DNA of 64,000 nt, from the NCBI RefSeq assembly GCF_009914755.1, contig NC_060931.1. One strand, 5' to 3'. The stretch comes from the human T2T-CHM13v2.0 reference genome, Homo sapiens. The notes under the pieces are model-generated. The model worked only from the letters and a program-made list of their open reading frames with translations. It was not told the DNA's origin and searched no databases. The number at the start of each line of letters is the position of its first letter. The stretch's first letter is position 1. This document shows positions 45,007 through 64,000 of this stretch, one piece after another. Made by a program: the position numbers and the translations under genes.

Positions 45007-45993
45007 GTAGGAGAGGTTCTAAAACATGGAAGCTTTCTGAAACCTATTGTTCATAATGCCAGGGATCAGGAACAGTGATGGAGAAATTTACTGGGTTGAA
45101 ATTACAAAATTATTTGAAATAATTCTCACAAGGGCCTGTCCCATCCACTAAGCCATACTGTCTCTCTAGATGTATTCCACATGAAAAACAAAACTGAAAC
45201 AAGACACGAGGGAACTGTAAGTTTCCATCAAGTGAACAAATAGATACTCTCACTCCACAGGATAGAATCAGAAGACATTCTTAACTAGCTCCCCATATTG
45301 GACAAGGGCCATTAACATCTTGACTCAACTCTACCATCCGTAACAACAGCAAAAACTGATTCATTCACAGAGTAGGCCAAAGTCTGACCTCAGCAGGGCA
45401 AACAAAGCATTTGAATTATTAGATAAGCAGATTATGAACACTGGATAGCATTTTAATAATTATACCTTCAGGATGGGCATGGTGGTTCACACTTGCAATC
45501 CTAGCACTTCAGGAGGCCAAAGTAATAGGATCACTTGAGCCTGGGAGTTAGAGATCAGCCTGGGCAATATAGTGAGACCCTGTCTCTACAAAAACATTTG
45601 TTTAAAATTATACTTTCACAATACTCCATCTAATTCCAGGGATCCATTTCTAGAAATGAAAGGATAACAACACACCATTACTAATGGCGTAAGACTGAGA
45701 CTTTTCCTAGTTAACATTAACACAGGTTTCTGAATGTGAAATATTTCACTGCCACATTTTAAAATTCCAAATGAAGGTGTTAAAAGGTTTTCTACTTTGA
45801 ACTTCTAAAAAAGCCCTAGTAAAAATTCATACCAAGAAGGTAATAAATTGCAGAATTTATCTAGTTTTACTGTGCATATTTCTCTGCAAAGAGAGTAAGA
45901 TTCAAAATGAGATTTTATGTCATAACTCTATCTTCAATTCTGTATTCCCTAGAAGGCAATACCAGGTATACATATGGTTGTGAAGGCCTTTTA

Positions 45994-45997
<4 letters not shown>

Positions 45998-46033
<36 letters not shown>
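45998..46033. repeat. (CA)18 microsatellite
   Basis: Perfect dinucleotide run. Confidence 0.97.
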
Positions 46034-46037
<4 letters not shown>

Positions 46038-46895
46038 ATAAGAGTTGCATGTATAATGTCTACATATAAAATCAGAATATTCAAGTTGGAGAGACTTAAA
46101 ATCATCTAAACCAACTCCTTATTTGATAGATAAGGACACAGATAACCCAAGAAGGAAGTGAAAGCCCCAAGGTCTCTGAGCGGCACAGAGCCAAGGACGA
46201 AAGCCCTGGACGGTCCTCCAGGCAGTCTCCTTTCCTCCCAACACTCTGCCTCTCCTCTACCAACCTTCAACCACCGCTGAACTCCCAAATCAGGTCCTCT
46301 GAGTTAAAGGTTGAGGGTACAAGCTAAACTATGAATAAAAAAAAAAAAGTTTAACTTTTTGTTTTCCTTTAATGCTCAAGGTAAGTAATTTTATCACATA
46401 AGCCCAGTCCCCCAGCAAAGCAGAACCCGAAAGACATAAGATATTCACAAATGGCCAGGCACGGTGGTTCACGCCTATAATCCCAGCACTTTGGGAGGCC
46501 AAGGTGGGTGGATCACGAGGTCAGGAGTTCAAGACCAGCCTGGCCAAGATGGAGAAACCCCGTCTCTACTAAAAATACAAAAATTAGCTGGGTGTAGTGG
46601 CGAGCTCCTGTAATCCCAGCTACTCGGGAGGCTGACGAAGAGAATTGCTTGAATCCAGGAGGCAGAGGTTGCAGTGAGCCAAGATTACGCCACTGCACTC
46701 CAGACTGGGCAACAGAGCAAGACTCAGTCTCGAAAAAAAAAAGATATTCATAAACAAAAATTCACGGTGTTCTCCAGGTGGAAAAAAAACAAGAAAAAAA
46801 TAAAATCCACAATGTGGGACAGTTCATGGGAGCTAGGCCTATACAATAATGCTCCCAAATATGTAAATGAAAGAAAAAAGCGAAACAACATTCAC

Positions 46896-47347
46896 TGTGA
46901 AAGACACTGTACGTGATCCAACCCAGTATCCATTCTCTCCTTCTTACTATCAAAACCCCGATTGTATTCAGGGCAGTCAAAGAGCCTTGTTTCCCAGCCT
47001 TTCTTGCAACGAGACACTTCTAGCTCAGGATGATCAGGGCAATGTGTAGGGAGGGACACTCAGAAAAGTTCCTTTGGTCATTGGAGGAGGGGAATAGTCT
47101 CAGCTAGCTCTTAGCCTTCTGCCTATTCACCCCTTTCTTCCTCCCACTGCATGAAACAGTGACGTGATGGCAGAAGCGATGCCTTTAAGATTAAGTAATG
47201 CACTGAAGAGGGCTGGGAATACACACTGCGGCAATCTGGATTCCCTGATGACATGAAGCCCGCCCTTATCTGCCTCCCTAACTTACCATCACAACTACAT
47301 TATTCCAGAACTGTTACTAGCAGCCAACTACAATTCCTAACTGATCT
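46896..47347. mobile_element. MaLR (MLT1J-like) solo LTR remnant
   Basis: Starts tgtgaaagacactgt...cccagtatccattctctccttctt...aaccccgatt; ends ctgttactagcagccaac...ttcctaactgat. Confidence 0.65.
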
Positions 47348-47542
47348 GTCCAGTAAGCAATTACATGCTAAATACATTCACATACATTTCATATAAAATA
47401 ACCTCAAAACAAATAAGTATTTCCTTCCTTTTTCGGTTGAGGAAACCAAGGCAAAGAGATAACAAATCCAATCTGTGACTGAAGCCTATAGTTATTCCAC
47501 TGTATTTTACTTCTTCAAATGTCACACATCTGAAAAAGTCTA

Positions 47543-48013
<471 letters not shown>

Positions 48014-48717
48014 TCAATCATTCTCATATAATGTGCCACAAATCCATTCACTGTCTTCTAATTCATTAAAACCCTGCCAACCATGATTGGATTTCAACCT
48101 GTGAGTAAATTCTTTACCAAGAGTCCTCCTCTGGCTGATAAGTGATCACACCTCCAGAAAAGTATCAGGTATGGCCCTACTGGTTGCAGAGTGTCAGATC
48201 ATAAAAAGCTCAGCCCCTTCTCCATACAGCAGCCCACATAATCTTGGTCACAAACGCCACGCTCTAGTACATACTAGTACATATGTACTTAACAGTAACT
48301 TATTTACAACCTGATTCTTTAATCAAGATAACCTACCAACCGCCTCATACCTCATGAGTGCCCTCTTGCTCATCTATCTCCTGTCTCTATGACATTCTGC
48401 TTCCACCAGGAAGCCTTCTCTGATAGACTCAACTCTGTGCTTTTCCAAGGCCCTATTCTCCTTTTTAAAACGTACTTCTAAGGATGCCTAGGCTTTTTAT
48501 TCATACACTATCTTCATAACTCCATGTAATGGTCCTATTATTTTTATACAGAATAAAACAGAGACACTAAAATGTTAATAATAGAATTCAGTAACTTTTT
48601 TAAGAAACCTATTAGAAATTTAAAAATGTGGGCAACTTCGCCAGGTGCGGTGGCTCATGCCTGTAATCCCAGCACTTTGAGAGGCAGAGGGGGGTGGATC
48701 ACAAGGTCAGGAATTCA

Positions 48718-50165
<1,448 letters not shown>

Positions 50166-50552
50166 TAAATATATATATACATATATAAAGAGGAGAAAAT
50201 CAACAATATGGTTAAACAGAAAAAAGGCTCTGCATATTAAAAAAGATACACAAATATGAGTTTTACACTTTGTTTTAAAAGACTTGAATTCTAGCATTGA
50301 AATCTAGTTTTCTTGCTTGAAATAAAGATAACTGCTTTATGAATAGAATATTCCAACAATGAGTGCACTGTCAATTGCCCAGAGTCAATTAAGTGCCTGA
50401 TAAGAGTAACATTTAGGGGCCAGGCACGGTGGCTCACGCCTGTAATCCCAGCACTTTGGGAGGCCGAGGCAGGCGGATCACCTGAGGTCGGGAGTTTGAG
50501 ACCAGCCTGAACAACATGGAGAAACCCCGTCTCTACTAAAAATACAAAATTA

Positions 50553-50752
<200 letters not shown>

Positions 50753-51041
50753 TCAAGAACTGAACTGCTATCCAGTATGTTTCCTTCTCCTCTCCACACA
50801 AAAAGAGACACTAGCACATTTCATTACATCTATGACACACCATTATTTTATGACACACCAAGAAAGAAAAAAGCTGCCCATTAGACTATGACTTATCACC
50901 ATTTTAAGACATCTCAATTTCAAAGATGTTAAGATGTGGGAAAAAAAGGTCTCACAATCTATAAAATACAAGATAAACCAGACACTGTTTACTGACATAA
51001 AAACACTTACCATCTTCACACGCCACCAATATTCCTTCTTA

Positions 51042-51434
<393 letters not shown>

Positions 51435-51507
51435 CTAGGTTACAATTAAAGCACATCCTAGACTTTATCATAATATGACTTCTCTTCCAATATACATTTG
51501 TTAGGAG

Positions 51508-54341
<2,834 letters not shown>

Positions 54342-55422
54342 TTACTTACCAAAAACCTAAAGAGTAAAATTCTGTTCCTCTTTCACCAAGCACATGTCCA
54401 CAAACAAAGAAAAACAAAAGCTATACTTATGTGTATATACATTTAAATATAACACTAAACTTCAGGTTTTGCATCTGTAAAATGAGATTTTAAATATCTG
54501 GTTTAAGTATCTTTCCTATTATTCTGAATAACTAAGAAAAGGCCACATACTTTTATGGAAGGTGTGAGCTGCTGAAGTAGTTCTTAAGTCCTCTTTTGTC
54601 ACAGAATACAGGTGAAAGGTAAAAATAAACACAACATAAAGGTCCTTAATGAAGTCCTGAGCAAACTAAGAAGTTGACAGTATCAAATATTAAGGAAAAC
54701 CCCTTTTAGAACTTCTAAATTTGTAAGGAGGAACTGGAAACACTTTGCAACTTATAAAACAGGGTACTAAAAAGCTCCATAATTTGGATGAGTTTAAGGT
54801 ATTCTATTTTACAAATGAAGTAAAGCAAGTTTCAGCTGTTTCTTTCCCCAATGCACAACCTTAATTTCCTTTTATCTTAAACACAAGGAATCAAACAATC
54901 TCAACCATCTGAAAACGGCATTGAATAACCTATAAGGTATTAGCATTTAGGACCATTTAAGAAAACAAACACACGTTACATGTGGGAAAATGAACACTAC
55001 ATAAAAAGGCAAATGACATCCACACAGAAAAGAATTGAATTCCCCATCATTGGAGGAAGATTCAACACTTTCCTGCAAGATTTCCATATCGTTTCAATTG
55101 CAGGTGCCAAAGTTTAGTCTAAAAATGACCTAAGGACTTGGTGAAAACCCAGTAGTATATAATTTATTCTAATCCGTTTAACAGGTGTTTGCTGAGCATC
55201 TACTACACAGGCAAAGCTATAAGGGACAAAAGCTTAGGAAACCATAGTTAGCCCCAGATCCACTGTGATAAGGACTTACTCTGATCTCAGCACCTTTAAC
55301 TGACCTGTGTGGTCCAGATTTTTAACCCACAAAAAGTGGGCCATAACATCTCAAAGCAAAAATGCTGCAAGGATAAACGTGAAATGTATTAGAATGAAAA
55401 GTACATTATAGAGCAATGACAA

Positions 55423-61422
<6,000 letters not shown>

Positions 61423-62250
61423 CTAAATTTACTTTTTGCTAGGCTAAGTGACAGCCCAATTGCTTCTGAGGTAACACAAACCAGACACGCACTCTGTATC
61501 TAGTTTTCTATTTATATTACCTCAACTAAGATTTTATAATCCAAAAAACCTTGAAAAGTGTACATGATAACTTGATATATGAAAAAAAGTTGCCTAATAC
61601 TAAAAAGGAAATGCATAATTCACAACATTAATAACATGATTTTGTATGTAGGGAGTATCTCCTACCTTCACATATAATGCTTCCCTAAAAATGGTTTAAA
61701 AGTTAGAAACCAGGAGATTGAACCAAAGACAAAGATTACATTCTCAATTAATTGATATCCTAAATATGGATCCTCCAAGTGCTACAGAACAGGTGCCTTT
61801 TTTGAGTCCACTGACAGACCCGCCAACCATGCCTATCTTCTAGAGAATGGCAAAGTCTTCCAGAGAATGGCAAAGTCCAGCCAAGCCTCTCCCTTCACAA
61901 GGGCTACCTACTCCTCTCTCTGACTTCTCTGCAGGGACAGGTCAGAAGATCAGCAGCAACTATTCACACTGCCTACATAACGTCCTAGATACCTACAAAG
62001 CAGGGAGAGGCAAAAAGGATCCTCCTTCCCTCTTAAGCATATGGCTGCCATGTAGGGCTTCCCCAGGCTCTTGAGGATTTGGGTTCTACTGGTCATGGGC
62101 AGATACCCCCTTGAGCACCAGCCTATAAACAACCAGACACCTTCCCCAAGCATCTGGTGAGGTACAGAGAAGAAATTACAATAACCATAGTACCTGGGCC
62201 CCCAAAAGCTTAATTCTTCTCAAATGTGATACCCAATTGAGAATCACTAA

Positions 62251-62817
<567 letters not shown>

Positions 62818-62977
62818 AAGACACTGGAATTTATATGCTCAGGGCACCATTCCTGTGTCTGAATACCAAAACAGTCTACTCACCAAACATACTATCATTG
62901 CTCCAAACTAAAACAGGTACAAGCCAGGTCACCTTTTTGTTAGCCAAACTAAAAGTTCCAGCTGTCAGTAATATTAA

Positions 62978-63945
<968 letters not shown>

Positions 63946-64000
63946 TCACTGAGCTGCTGTTAGTTCCTTTCACCTGAGTTTATTCCATGTGAAAATTGAA

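Overview
Primate (human-like), very Alu-rich, CpG-island-free genomic DNA. The only protein-coding sequence is two short minus-strand internal exons of the ubiquitin-conjugating enzyme gene UBE2H: 2209-2285 ([25 protein letters not shown]) and 882-956 ([26 protein letters not shown]). Positions 2286-64000 read as one very long upstream intron (>61.7 kb), with the first coding exon and promoter beyond the right edge. That intron holds roughly 85-90 Alu/FLAM copies (manual count, about 2:1 antisense to the gene), old L1M/L2/MIR fragments, MER2, MER58A, Tigger4 and Charlie1 DNA-transposon relics, an MLT1-type LTR and microsatellites. Most ORF-track entries are Alu or microsatellite artefacts. I found no convincing new gene system. 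The best leads are: (1) a U12-like branch site at -14 of the giant intron's acceptor; (2) a ~460-bp inversion that splits an Alu at a 4-bp inverted microhomology; (3) a templated insertion apparently copied from an Alu flank 3.2 kb away; (4) a near-identical 3x88-bp tandem repeat inside an Alu; (5) a ~70-bp young L1PA2-like insertion; (6) candidate erythroid and STAT6 motif clusters. Repeat family names are from recalled consensus sequences, not a RepeatMasker run.
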